DNA from: Candidatus Thorarchaeota archaeon | GTDB taxonomy: Archaea > Asgardarchaeota > Heimdallarchaeia > Hodarchaeales > Hodarchaeaceae | Direction: 5' to 3' | NCBI GenBank assembly: GCA_048882505.1 | Contig: JBHLRO010000018.1 | Span: forward strand, 1 to 32,000 | Length of the DNA stretch: 32,000 bases | Shown: piece after piece, positions 14,090-23,913 of the stretch | Numbering within the stretch: the stretch's first letter is position 1 | Layout of the letters: every line of letters starts with the position of its first letter | The notes under the pieces: model-generated | The model's input: the letters and a program-made list of their open reading frames with translations, nothing else | Database searches by the model: none | Told to the model about the DNA's origin: nothing | Translations under genes and position numbers: made by a program

Positions 14090-14584
14090 TTGATCGACCC
14101 GAGACGATTTGATACGGTCTTAAGCAAAATCATTAAGAGTGAGCCTGGTATTAAAAAGGTCATACTTGTAGATCGGACAGGGCTAACAATTGCTCATGCC
14201 AGCAAGTATGATTATGCCTCAATAGATGTGGATGGGATCGGGGCCATTGCCTCAGCTGTGTTCATGGCCTCCGCAGAACAAGGCTCAAATTTAACCATCG
14301 GAGGATTAGGAATTGTAACCTCTGAATTTGATACAGGAAAAATCTTTGCGTCTTCATGTGGGAAAGGCATACTAACCCTGATTTCGGATGCGGAAGTCAA
14401 TATCGGGATGATTCGTCTTTTGATGCGGCAGGCCAATGATGAGCTTGCTAGTACCTTAGATGAGTTTTTAGCAGGAAAACCCACGAGAGTACCCTCTAGT
14501 GGGATGACAGCGGCCCCTGAGGTTCGTACTAGCTTGGAAAAGGATGAACTCGAAGCAGCTTTGAGAGAACTGGAGAAATTTTAG
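14090..14584 (+). CDS. mglB: Roadblock/LC7 protein, MglB-like, with linker and C-terminal helix
   Basis: VILVDRTGLTIA and GMIRLLMRQANDEL resemble MglB; directly upstream of MglA. TTG start with a GGAGA RBS. Confidence 0.85.
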   Translation: MIDPRRFDTVLSKIIKSEPGIKKVILVDRTGLTIAHASKYDYASIDVDGIGAIASAVFMASAEQGSNLTIGGLGIVTSEFDTGKIFASSCGKGILTLISDAEVNIGMIRLLMRQANDELASTLDEFLAGKPTRVPSSGMTAAPEVRTSLEKDELEAALRELEKF

Positions 14585-14612
14585 ATCATTCTGTGTAGTG
14601 GTCAGATGCCAC

Positions 14613-15197
14613 ATGGTTAGAAAGGATGCGGAAGGACGTCAGCGTTATAAAATAGTATTTTACGGCCCCTCGCTAGGTGGAAAAACTACCACCCTAAGAT
14701 GGTTGTACGATCAGGTAGATGGGCTCGATAAAGGAAAATTTACTCAATTAGCTGATCCTACGGGGAGAACCCTCTTCTTTGATTTTGCACCCATGCAGGC
14801 TACAACGGGCGTGGTTTTTGATGTATATACGACTGCCGGGCAGGATCGGCACAAAAGCCAGCGAAAAATAGTAATTCAAGGTGTAGATGGATTAATCTTT
14901 GTGGTCGATTCCTCCAAATCACAGCTCGAAGAAAATCTCGCCTCTATCAGTGAACTGCGTGCACATGTTGGAGATAAGCTCGGAAAAAGCATTCCAATGG
15001 TCATTACACTGAATAAAAGGGATGTGCCGGATGCATTACCTCGTTCTGAGTTGGTCGATATTCTTAAGCTTACGCAATTTCCGATATATGAAACAGTTGC
15101 CACGACAGGCATTGGAGTCAAGCGAGCTTTTCAATCATTGGCACGGGAAATTATAATGATCCAGCTCTACGGAACGAAAGATTCCCAGGTTACTTAA
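14613..15197 (+). CDS. mglA: MglA-family small GTPase
   Basis: KIVFYGPSLGGKTT, GRTLFFDF (intrinsic Arg), YTTAGQ, GVDGLIFVVDS, NKRD, VATTGIGV. ATG 14613 (ORF track starts at GTG 14598). Confidence 0.92.
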   Translation: MVRKDAEGRQRYKIVFYGPSLGGKTTTLRWLYDQVDGLDKGKFTQLADPTGRTLFFDFAPMQATTGVVFDVYTTAGQDRHKSQRKIVIQGVDGLIFVVDSSKSQLEENLASISELRAHVGDKLGKSIPMVITLNKRDVPDALPRSELVDILKLTQFPIYETVATTGIGVKRAFQSLAREIIMIQLYGTKDSQVT

Positions 15198-15203
15198 GGT
15201 AGA

Positions 15204-15467
15204 TTAGAGAATTCTTTCCAAAATTACTGTCCATCCCCTGGCCTCAACGATCCGAATATGCTGAGGTAAAGAATCTCGAAGTGCAGTCAGGGCTTCCTCC
15301 TTCGATGAAAAGGGAGCGGATTTACCTACTCGAATTTTCACCACCTTGTGCCGCTTAAGTTGCATTTCCAATTCTGTAAATACATCAATAGAAAATCCGT
15401 TCTTACCTATTTGTAGGATGGCGGGATCCTTTCGTACTTGAACCAGATCATCTTTCTTGCTGGGCAT
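15204..15467 (-). CDS. yhbY: YhbY/CRM-domain RNA-binding protein
   Basis: PAILQIGKNG...ELEMQLKRHKVVKIRV...GWTVIL. Confidence 0.85.
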   Translation of the reverse strand: MPSKKDDLVQVRKDPAILQIGKNGFSIDVFTELEMQLKRHKVVKIRVGKSAPFSSKEEALTALRDSLPQHIRIVEARGWTVILERIL

Positions 15468-15870
15468 TCTTAACGGACTCCAATCAAGGATGATTTGAAT
15501 TTAGCTTTACGTATGAGAAAATACCATCTAAAGTAAGAGTTTTTCCCTAGAATAGATCACATAATGGTTCCGAGACGATTTCAGATGAATAAACCCATTG
15601 TCAGGACTATGATCTAAGAGTAATCTGATGTTATTCAAATGATAGGATGCTATTTAATTTTCTGTTCCATTATTGAACTGGAATCAAGGCACTTCTTAAT
15701 TTCAAGAATTAGTTGAGAAATATATTTATATATCAGAGACATCGATACGACATGGTTATGCCACCAAATTCCGTTCAACTTTGCTCATTCTGAAAAGAAA
15801 GCAGAATTTCAGGTGATTATAAACATAAAGCTTTTGTAAAGAGAATAAAAATCAATAGGGGCAACAAATT

Positions 15871-16275
15871 GTGTACATACCCGATGCCGAGGCCGATCAA
15901 GCGGTTCATAAGGAAATCAATGAAGTTCTAGAGGCTTTTGTGAGTAAACTCCCGGCAATAGACTTTGCCAGTGTTGTGTCCCTAGAGGGGTTGCCCATTT
16001 CGTCATTCCCACCCACATTACCCAATAATCTAGATGATGTCCGAGTAGCAGCAATGACAGCAGCAATCCTTAGCTTAGGAGAACGCGCAGTCATGGAAAC
16101 AAATAAGGGGGAAATGTCAAAAATTTATGTCGAGGGGGAGAACGGGTACTTGATTTCGGTTCAAAGCGGTAGTAAAGCAGTATTAACCGCATCTGCGAAT
16201 AAATCTGTTAAATTGGGTCTAATCTTTTTAGATATGAAACAAGCCGCGAAAAAGATCGGGGAGATTTTGGGTTAG
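15871..16275 (+). CDS. Roadblock/LC7 domain protein
   Basis: ASVVSLEGLPI, VAAMTAAILSLGER, IYVEGENGYL, KLGLIFLDMK. Confidence 0.9.
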   Translation: MYIPDAEADQAVHKEINEVLEAFVSKLPAIDFASVVSLEGLPISSFPPTLPNNLDDVRVAAMTAAILSLGERAVMETNKGEMSKIYVEGENGYLISVQSGSKAVLTASANKSVKLGLIFLDMKQAAKKIGEILG

Positions 16276-16366
16276 CGTAATAAGACTAAAATTAGGTCGA
16301 CACGAGGAATTGGGAGGATTTAATCCCTCTAATGCGATACCCCGAGTAAAAGAACGAATATCAAGC

Positions 16367-17623
16367 CTAAATGAGACGATCCTTCATGGCTCGGGCTCGA
16401 TGAAGGTAATATTCTTTTAGATGGTAGTTCCGTGCCTTTTCTGCAGCCTTTTCATAATAAAGGAAACTTGCCTCAAAATTCTGGAGATTGGCTTCAAGCT
16501 GGGCATATATTCCATAAATCTCCATTATTCCGCTTTCACTTGCCAGTTGCTCGAACAAATGCAAGCCTTCATCTAGGTAAAAGCGAGCTTGGGTCTCGCT
16601 AGAGGAATTTTGAACGACTTGCTGCGTAAGAACTTTTCCAAGGTTAGCTTGGGAAATAGCGAGGAATTTCTTATCGTTACGTTCTTCAGCGAGACGACGA
16701 GCTTTATCAAAGTTTTCGCTGGCCTCATTAAACCGATCAACTCGAAAGTAACACTCTCCAATGTTACAATATGCGTTTACAACGGCAGAATGGATGTTTG
16801 CTCGTTTTGCACGTTCTAGTGCTTGCTCGAATTTTGCTATCGATTGCTCATAGAGCTTGTCTTCATATAGAAGGATTCCTTCGACTGTAAGGATGTTTTC
16901 CTCCAGCATTGGATCCCCTAATTGATTTGCTAATGCCCAAAGAGTTTCAAGCCGTCCACGAGCGTAATCTGTATTTTGAGTGTCAAGGGCAAGCTCTGTC
17001 AGCGCATATAACGCGTGAAATTGTCCGTTAGTATCGTTCAGAACATTAAATACTTGGTATGCTGTTTCAAAGTTCTCCATTGCTTTTTTTGGATTGGAAT
17101 AGACGATATTGCGTCCCTGTTCAATCAATGCCCACGGCTGGGCACCCACAATTTCGCTCAATTGCTTCCATTCAGCTTTGGATTTCGCCGAAATAACAAT
17201 TTTGGTCTTCCAGAGATCGGGTTTTTCAAATAATTCATCTACGAGTTGAAGAAGTAGATTACTATCTCCGCCAGCTTTTTCTGTTAAACTGGGAGGTCCT
17301 ACGCCACGTAATTTCAGATCTCCTTCTGTGAATTCAAACAAAATTCCTAGAGGTACCCCCCCCTTCCATTTTCGGGACACACACATGAAAAAATTTTTTA
17401 TGGGAATATTTAGGCTTTTTTCTCCATCAAATCTCTCAATCGCAGCCAAACCTTTCGTCCATGAATAATCGGTTCCAAAAAATTTAGCCATATATTCTCC
17501 TTTGAATTCGGGCTGCCAGTCAACCAATGTAGCTACATCGGTCAATTCAATTTTCTCTTGTCCATTTAAGGCGAAAATGACGATCCATCTTTCAACCATT
17601 CGACAATTCAACCCGTTATTCAT
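16367..17623 (-). CDS. TPR-repeat protein with an uncharacterised N-terminal alpha/beta domain
   Basis: C-terminal repeats such as AYCNIGECYFRVDRFNEASENFDKA and SQANLGKV. Likely start ATG 17599. Confidence 0.75.
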   Translation of the reverse strand: MNNGLNCRMVERWIVIFALNGQEKIELTDVATLVDWQPEFKGEYMAKFFGTDYSWTKGLAAIERFDGEKSLNIPIKNFFMCVSRKWKGGVPLGILFEFTEGDLKLRGVGPPSLTEKAGGDSNLLLQLVDELFEKPDLWKTKIVISAKSKAEWKQLSEIVGAQPWALIEQGRNIVYSNPKKAMENFETAYQVFNVLNDTNGQFHALYALTELALDTQNTDYARGRLETLWALANQLGDPMLEENILTVEGILLYEDKLYEQSIAKFEQALERAKRANIHSAVVNAYCNIGECYFRVDRFNEASENFDKARRLAEERNDKKFLAISQANLGKVLTQQVVQNSSSETQARFYLDEGLHLFEQLASESGIMEIYGIYAQLEANLQNFEASFLYYEKAAEKARNYHLKEYYLHRARAMKDRLI

Positions 17624-17692
17624 TTTAGTGAGACACTAATGGCGAATACCTACAATTTTTGGAGTAACTATCAAGTGCATAAGGTTCAACTG

Positions 17693-19309
17693 CTAGGTTA
17701 TTTGAAAAGTTTTCTGAAAGGCCCTTATCTGATTGACAAGTTCAGATCTAGTAATGCGAGTCTGTTCCATTGAATCCCTCATTCGCACCGTAGTACTAGT
17801 ATCTTCTAAAGTTTCATAGTCTACGGTGACACAGAAAGGGGTACCAATCTCATCATGCCGACGATATCGCTTACCGATGGATCCACTGTCGTCATAGCTT
17901 ACAACAAAGCCATGGGAACGCAGGTACCGAAAAATTTCCGTGGCCTCTTCTTCGATGCCGTCTTTTTTCATTAAGGGAAACACAGCTACGTCATAAGGAG
18001 CTACCCGAGGATGAATTTTTAGTACCACCCGTTTTCTACCCTTTACTATCTCCTCGGTATAACTATCTGCAAGAATAGTAAGAAGGATCCGTCCTAATCC
18101 CACAGAGGGTTCAGCTACTACATAAGGAACGTAACGTTTTACGCCCTTCTCTGTTGTTTCCGTAAAGTGCAATTTTGCATTTGAATGAGTTTGATGTTGT
18201 TCAAGATCGTATTGTGTTCGATTTGCACACCCCATCAGCTCTTTCCAGCCAAATGGGTACTTATACTCAATATCCCAGGTGTCCAACGCGTAGTGACTCA
18301 ATTCCGTTTTCAAATGCTGTCGAAATCGGAGATTTTCCTTTCGGATTCCAAGGTTCTGTGAAAACCAAATAAAGAATATGGTCATCCAATAGGCTTGCCA
18401 CTTGTTAAGGAAGATCTCTTTTTCCCATGCTTCTCCTACTGTCATTATACGGTAATGGTTCTCAAAATTTTGACTCTGTTCAGATCGAGAATAAATATGG
18501 ACCGGAGTTTCTGCGATCGAATCGAACTTGGGACAATCATTGATTTTATCGGGATCAGTAAAGTACTCAAATTCCATTAATTCAAATTCACGAACTCGGA
18601 ACAAGAAATTTCGTGGGGATATTTCATTTCTAAAGGCCGGTCCAGACTGAGCGATTCCAAAGGGCATTTTAACGCGCGTGGAGTCAATAACATTCCGAAA
18701 ACCAGAGAAAATAAGTTGGGCATTTTCAGGTCGTAGATACGCGACCGAAGATGAATCTTGGACTGGGCCGATCTGTGTTTTAAACATCAAATTAAATTTA
18801 ATCGGGTCTCCTAGGTCCCCTCCGCAATCCGGGCATTTTAAAGCATTTTCTGTGACAAGATTACCCATTTCTTCCAAGGTTAGATTCTCTGTTCGTATTT
18901 CTAATTGATCCTCTAGCAGATGGTCGAGACGGTGTCTTTTTTTACAGTTACCAGTGCAAAATATTAACGGGTCGTTGAAACTAGAGACGTGTCCAGAGGC
19001 TTCCCAAATCTTGGGGTGTGTTATAATTGCCCCCTCATACCCTACTACGTCATCACGATTACGAACAAAATCCATCCACCAAGCTTCTTTGATGCGGTTC
19101 TTTATTTCGATTCCAATTGGTCCATAATCCCAAAATCCGGCTAAACCCCCATAAATGCTTCCAGTCATAAAGGCGATGCCTGTTTTATTAGCAAACGCCA
19201 TGATTTTCACAAGGAACTTTCTTAACTCGTCTTTGTCGACACTCACGTTCATCGCCCAAGTCTCATAATCCATTTCACATCTATAAGGTGAAAGGATAGG
19301 TTGTGGCAC
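17693..19309 (-). CDS. glyS: Glycyl-tRNA synthetase (homodimeric class II)
   Basis: IYGGLAGFWDYGPIG, HPKIWEASGHV, YLRPENAQ, FRNEISPR..FRVREF, EPSVGLGR, SGSIGKRYRRHDEIGTPF. True start probably ATG 19252 or 19273. Confidence 0.96.
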   Translation of the reverse strand: MPQPILSPYRCEMDYETWAMNVSVDKDELRKFLVKIMAFANKTGIAFMTGSIYGGLAGFWDYGPIGIEIKNRIKEAWWMDFVRNRDDVVGYEGAIITHPKIWEASGHVSSFNDPLIFCTGNCKKRHRLDHLLEDQLEIRTENLTLEEMGNLVTENALKCPDCGGDLGDPIKFNLMFKTQIGPVQDSSSVAYLRPENAQLIFSGFRNVIDSTRVKMPFGIAQSGPAFRNEISPRNFLFRVREFELMEFEYFTDPDKINDCPKFDSIAETPVHIYSRSEQSQNFENHYRIMTVGEAWEKEIFLNKWQAYWMTIFFIWFSQNLGIRKENLRFRQHLKTELSHYALDTWDIEYKYPFGWKELMGCANRTQYDLEQHQTHSNAKLHFTETTEKGVKRYVPYVVAEPSVGLGRILLTILADSYTEEIVKGRKRVVLKIHPRVAPYDVAVFPLMKKDGIEEEATEIFRYLRSHGFVVSYDDSGSIGKRYRRHDEIGTPFCVTVDYETLEDTSTTVRMRDSMEQTRITRSELVNQIRAFQKTFQIT

Positions 19310-19374
19310 TTTGGTTAGTCAATAGGGAGGAAATTTCTCTCTTCCGACATCGACTTGCCTTTTTTCAAGAATTA

Positions 19375-20181
19375 TTAAAAGCTACTCCGTGGATTAGCAG
19401 GTTCCCAGTAAGGAAATACTCCAGAGGTGAACTCTCTCATGAGGACTTTTGCTGCTTCTGATAAATTGAGATGTCCACCTTTCAGGAATAGTCCGCGGTT
19501 ATGGGCAATTTGAGAGAGAATAGTCTCATTATCAACATCTAAAGAGGTCAATTCGTATCTAGCCTTTAAGCCTTTAGCGTTGTACCGTTTTATCCTATCT
19601 AGAAAAAATTCTACTGTTGAAATGGGATCAGTCAGTTTTTCTATTGGCAAAGCGCCGAGAAAAGCTTGGATGCTTTCATTCTGATGATCCAAAGGGACCA
19701 CTCCAGGGGAATCAAAGGCCAATGCACGTTTAGAGATTCGAACCAGTTGCTCACTTCTGGTAATTCCTGGCTTTTGGCCAGTTGGGGACACATGTTTCCC
19801 ACGTAGGACATTTAACAGACTACTTTTTCCCGTATTCGGTATCCCTACAATGCTAATAGTTATTTCCTTCTGCGGAGATATCCTTGCGATTTGGGATCGT
19901 AATTTTTTTGTTCCTTGTCTTGCTTGGGCAGAAATATACACTGTTGGATAGCTACGACTTAGAATATGCTTGTTATGTTCACAAACTCGCTGAGGAACCA
20001 AATCACATTTGTTCAACACAATAATTAATGGGATTTGGGACTTGCGCGCAAAGTTTTCTATTGCAGATACCCGAGTGAGGGCTGGAAGACGCCCATCTAT
20101 CACTTCAAGGCACAGATCTGATCTGGAGATGAGATCGAATACCATTCTATGTTCCCGCCGACGCCGCAAGGTAAAACTCAA
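19375..20181 (-). CDS. Circularly permuted ribosome-biogenesis GTPase (RbgA/YlqF/YawG family)
   Basis: EVIDGR and LNKCDL (G4) precede VGIPNTGKSS (G1), GITR and DSPG (G3). Confidence 0.92.
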   Translation of the reverse strand: MSFTLRRRREHRMVFDLISRSDLCLEVIDGRLPALTRVSAIENFARKSQIPLIIVLNKCDLVPQRVCEHNKHILSRSYPTVYISAQARQGTKKLRSQIARISPQKEITISIVGIPNTGKSSLLNVLRGKHVSPTGQKPGITRSEQLVRISKRALAFDSPGVVPLDHQNESIQAFLGALPIEKLTDPISTVEFFLDRIKRYNAKGLKARYELTSLDVDNETILSQIAHNRGLFLKGGHLNLSEAAKVLMREFTSGVFPYWEPANPRSSF

Positions 20182-20426
20182 AATCAGACCTCAGGCTGCA
20201 TTTTAAGCCAAGAGTTTTAACTTGATTCGCAATTATCTCAAAGTCATTCCTTCAAAGTTAAAAAAATTCCTACTGCTCTCCAAAAAGGGGGATCTTATCA
20301 TCAATAGCATTAAAAACTTAGGCGATGGGGCCATTACATGAATGTATTGTTTCAATAGCTACTGAATTGGTCCGTTGGGGTCAATTTTTCAATCGTTTAA
20401 CCGGATTTTTAGGATTGAACAAAATA

Positions 20427-20843
20427 ATGGCATCTGAGGAAGCATATCTAAAGGCACTCAAACGCGCTCGAGACAATTTGCCAGCACATGTCTTTGAAAG
20501 AACTCGGTTTCAAATCCCTGAAGCGGATGTTTTCCGAGAGGGCAATAAAACCTGGATCACAGATTGGCGTAATGTGCTTAAAATAATAAATCGAGAGGAA
20601 ACAGCGGATCATTTGGCAAAACATCTAGCCCGCGAATTCGCAACCAGTACAACCGAAGAACGGGGACGGCTAGCATTGCAGGGAAAGTTCTCTCGAAAAA
20701 TGATCAACAAAGAACTGGCTACCTATGTCAAAGAATATGTAATTTGTCCTGAATGTGGGAAACCTGATACCAGGCTAATTCGAGAAGGGAGAATCCTGCA
20801 AAAACAGTGCGAGGCGTGTGGTGCCCGCAGTGCAGTCAAATGA
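20427..20843 (+). CDS. eif2b: Translation initiation factor 2 subunit beta (aIF2beta)
   Basis: ERTRFQIP, LAKHLAREFAT, LQGKF, YVICPECGKPDT...CEACGA. ATG 20427 preferred to 20325. Confidence 0.95.
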   Translation: MASEEAYLKALKRARDNLPAHVFERTRFQIPEADVFREGNKTWITDWRNVLKIINREETADHLAKHLAREFATSTTEERGRLALQGKFSRKMINKELATYVKEYVICPECGKPDTRLIREGRILQKQCEACGARSAVK

Positions 20844-21198
20844 AGAATCCCTAGAGGGTTCTAACGAGGATTCTGGCCCAACACGTATCGTGTTCAAGAT
20901 CCATAGACGAAATCGATCAGAAATCCTCGCTGTTTGTGATTTTTCCCTGTTAGGACAGACCATTTCAAATGACAGGGCGCGCGTAAAGATTTCGGAACAG
21001 TTCTATCTTGGTCAGGAGATTTCAGCGGATGATGCACTAGCCTTGTTTCGAAATTACGGCAATATTAATGCTTTTGGTTCAGTTTTAGAGCTTGCCATTC
21101 AGAAGCAGCTGATTAGAGAGGAGGCTTGTGTTTGGTTCAAAACATCGGATGGTAAAAGGATTCCTCACCTTTTAATCTTCTCTATTCCTCCAATTTGA
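20818..21198 (+). CDS. DUF424 family protein
   Basis: EILAVCDFSLLG...VKISEQFYLG...NINAFG...IPHLLIF; usual neighbour of aIF2beta and nmd3. Start uncertain. Confidence 0.8.
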   Translation: MVPAVQSNEESLEGSNEDSGPTRIVFKIHRRNRSEILAVCDFSLLGQTISNDRARVKISEQFYLGQEISADDALALFRNYGNINAFGSVLELAIQKQLIREEACVWFKTSDGKRIPHLLIFSIPPI

Positions 21199-21240
21199 AA
21201 GTTTAACGTTAGGCAATTGCTAGATTGAAGGGGTTCACTC

Positions 21241-22341
21241 ATGTCTCCCTGCATTGTATGTGGATTAAGGACGGTGTTTTTTCAAAGAATGTGCAGACAA
21301 TGCTATTTAGAAAGCCATCCCATTATTTTGGATGCAAAACCCCTTTCAGTGGTGGTTTGTGATCAATGCGGTCTCCTTTTCGCAGGAAAACAATGGTCAA
21401 CGTTTTTCCTAGATGAAATCGAAAGTCCAGAAGTCAAACAATGGTTTTCGTCATTGATTTCGAAACTCTGGCGTTTTCAGTATAAACCAACTTCTTTAGT
21501 GGTCAAAGAAGTAGAAATAGTTATCGATGAAGAGAGTCGTGGTCCTATTGCTGCTAATGGATATGTGGAGATTCAAGCCAGTCCAGATGCTTTTGTACCT
21601 CTTTTAAAAGTATCTGAAGAGCTGAATATTAAATTAGAAGGGGGAGAATGTACTGAATGTCGAGAACGGGCTTCAGGTCAATACGCAGCAAAGATTCAAG
21701 TTCGTACACATCAGAGCCTTAGCCCAGAAGAAATATCTAAGTGGGATGAAGAAATAACTATGTTAAGTCAGAATTACCCGCTAACAGACGGGAAGAATCC
21801 TTTGTTTCGTATTGATGTACTTAAAACTGGAATCGATGCCTTGTTTCAAACCCGATCACCCGCAATGGCAGTTGCCCGAGAATTTGCAAGAAATCGAGGC
21901 GGCATTTTGAGTACTACCACAGAATTTGCAGGTTTTGATAAATCGAGATCTCGGGAATATCCTCGGAAGCATGTTGTGTTGGTGGATTTACCTCCCTACA
22001 AACCTAATGATATCATCATCTATGCCGGGACTCCCGTCCAAATCCTTGGATTTCGAGATTTCAAGGTGGATTACTGGGATTTCAAGCAAAATAGGCGTCA
22101 TAGCAGTCCATTGAAACAGTTTCGAGAAGCAAGAATTCAAATAATTAACCAGGAGTTCACCCGTTTTCAATTGGTGAACTTTGAACATGATCACGAAATA
22201 GCCCAGATTATGAATACTTCCACTTTCGAGATACGTTTTGTTGAAACACGTTTTCTTCCCCACCTTAGCGAGGGGGAAACATTCCTAGGGAAATGGTTTT
22301 CTGATATTCTAGTAGTCAAACGACAAGAGAAAGATAATTAA
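21241..22341 (+). CDS. nmd3: 60S/50S ribosomal export/maturation factor Nmd3
   Basis: CIVCG...CRQC, CDQCG, CTEC...YAAKIQVR Zn motifs; C-terminal QIMNTSTFE. Confidence 0.9.
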   Translation: MSPCIVCGLRTVFFQRMCRQCYLESHPIILDAKPLSVVVCDQCGLLFAGKQWSTFFLDEIESPEVKQWFSSLISKLWRFQYKPTSLVVKEVEIVIDEESRGPIAANGYVEIQASPDAFVPLLKVSEELNIKLEGGECTECRERASGQYAAKIQVRTHQSLSPEEISKWDEEITMLSQNYPLTDGKNPLFRIDVLKTGIDALFQTRSPAMAVAREFARNRGGILSTTTEFAGFDKSRSREYPRKHVVLVDLPPYKPNDIIIYAGTPVQILGFRDFKVDYWDFKQNRRHSSPLKQFREARIQIINQEFTRFQLVNFEHDHEIAQIMNTSTFEIRFVETRFLPHLSEGETFLGKWFSDILVVKRQEKDN

Positions 22342-22366
22342 GGCAGGTAACCTGGAGGAGCTAATT

Positions 22367-23752
22367 TTGGCTGTACCAAAGGATCCCCCGAGTACAGAAA
22401 CTATTATTCGCATGGCTGCCGCAATTTTAACCCATCTTGATAATAATCAAGTGTCTCTTAGGAATGCCATGAAGATTTTTCCGACCCTAACTTCTCACAA
22501 CAATCCCTCTTTATATGCCCAGGTGAATGCTCTTACATTTGAAACTATACGTTATAGAAATACTCTCAATCGTCTTATCTATAACCATATACAACGTTTT
22601 CTGAGTGAGGCGCTCCCTGATTCTGTGTTAAATTTATTGCGTGTCGTGGTTTATCTGCTTGCGCTTGCTCCAGAGTCCCAAAGTACAGAACAATGGCGGC
22701 TAGGATGTCACGCGGTTTTAAAGACTATCACCTCACACAATCTTCCCGAAATACTGATGGATCTTGATTCGATTTTCACAGATTGGCATCTCTCTGAACT
22801 TCTTTTGACAATCAATGATCCTGAGGAGAGATTAGCCGTTCAATTCGCTCATCCGACTTGGCTGGTTCGTGATTTCACGCAGTACTATGGTCGAGAAACC
22901 ACCGTTCAGATTTTAACCACGAATAACAAGATTCTTCCGACCTATCTAAGATTGAATCTTATGAAGTATACGAAAGATGAGATCATTCAAACATTAAGAG
23001 CTGAAAAAGTCACCTTGGAAGAAGACCCTGATTTTAATGATATTATTCGTGCCGTGAATTGGGAATTACCCCTTCCCCGGCTACCCTCATTTAATAAAGG
23101 GCTATACTACATCCAAAACAAAGGATCTGCTCTTGTTTCCCATATCTTGAATCCTCGACCTGGAGAAACAGTTTTAGACGCATGTGCTGCTCCTGGAGGC
23201 AAGACGACCCACATTGCTGCTTTGCAGCAAGAACAAGGAAAAATAATTGCTTTAGACAATCATGAGAGAAGAATTGCAGAGCTGATACGTAAAATTAAAC
23301 TGTACAAATTGCGTACCATTTATCCCCTCCTCACTGACGTGAGGAAGCTACCCGTTAACGACCTTTTTCATATCCGTTTCGATAAGATTCTCGTTGACGC
23401 CCCGTGTTCTGGAACTGGAACTTTTTCATCCAGACCAGACGCTAAATGGAGGATAAATCGCCATCAAGTGAAATGGTTGAGTAAACTCCAGCTTGGGTTG
23501 TTATCCCAGGCATCCCAACTGCTCAAACCGAATCCAACTTCACGGTTGGTCTATGCCACCTGTAGCCTTCTACCCATGGAAAATGAGGACGTAATCGCGA
23601 AATTTTTGGATGAAAATCCAAATTTTACTCTAAAACCGCAATACCCCTATATTGGAACACCGATATCAGATTTCCCATTAGCACAACGTTTGTTTCCTCA
23701 CAAAACTCAAACTGAAGGCTTTTCAATATTCAAGCTTGGACTTCACAATTGA
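22367..23752 (+). CDS. rsmB: RsmB/NOP2/NSUN RNA m5C methyltransferase with NusB-like N-terminus
   Basis: HPTWLV, LRLN, DACAAPGGKTT, DAPCSGTG, YATCSL, TEGFSI. Confidence 0.92.
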   Translation: MAVPKDPPSTETIIRMAAAILTHLDNNQVSLRNAMKIFPTLTSHNNPSLYAQVNALTFETIRYRNTLNRLIYNHIQRFLSEALPDSVLNLLRVVVYLLALAPESQSTEQWRLGCHAVLKTITSHNLPEILMDLDSIFTDWHLSELLLTINDPEERLAVQFAHPTWLVRDFTQYYGRETTVQILTTNNKILPTYLRLNLMKYTKDEIIQTLRAEKVTLEEDPDFNDIIRAVNWELPLPRLPSFNKGLYYIQNKGSALVSHILNPRPGETVLDACAAPGGKTTHIAALQQEQGKIIALDNHERRIAELIRKIKLYKLRTIYPLLTDVRKLPVNDLFHIRFDKILVDAPCSGTGTFSSRPDAKWRINRHQVKWLSKLQLGLLSQASQLLKPNPTSRLVYATCSLLPMENEDVIAKFLDENPNFTLKPQYPYIGTPISDFPLAQRLFPHKTQTEGFSIFKLGLHN

Positions 23753-23913
23753 GTCAATCTTCTATGCCTTGAAATCCTCCCCGTGAGAAATTTTCACATG
23801 AAAATGCTTCTGCAACGCAATCCTCGATAAAGCTTATGACTTGAAATTAATTTGACAGAAAGGCGAGATAAGTATAAACCTCAAGTTCAACAGGTAGAGA
23901 TTAAAGGATAAAA

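Noticed and set aside
15468-15870. 400-nt AT-rich gap as a possible ncRNA or small gene
   Set aside because: It lies between divergent genes and contains TATA-like tracts; no stable structure or credible ORF was seen.
17693-19309. GlyRS motif variants (LRPENAQ, QSGPAFRNE) as a sign of altered specificity
   Set aside because: All other glycine-, ATP- and anticodon-binding motifs are intact; the variants cannot be interpreted without an alignment.
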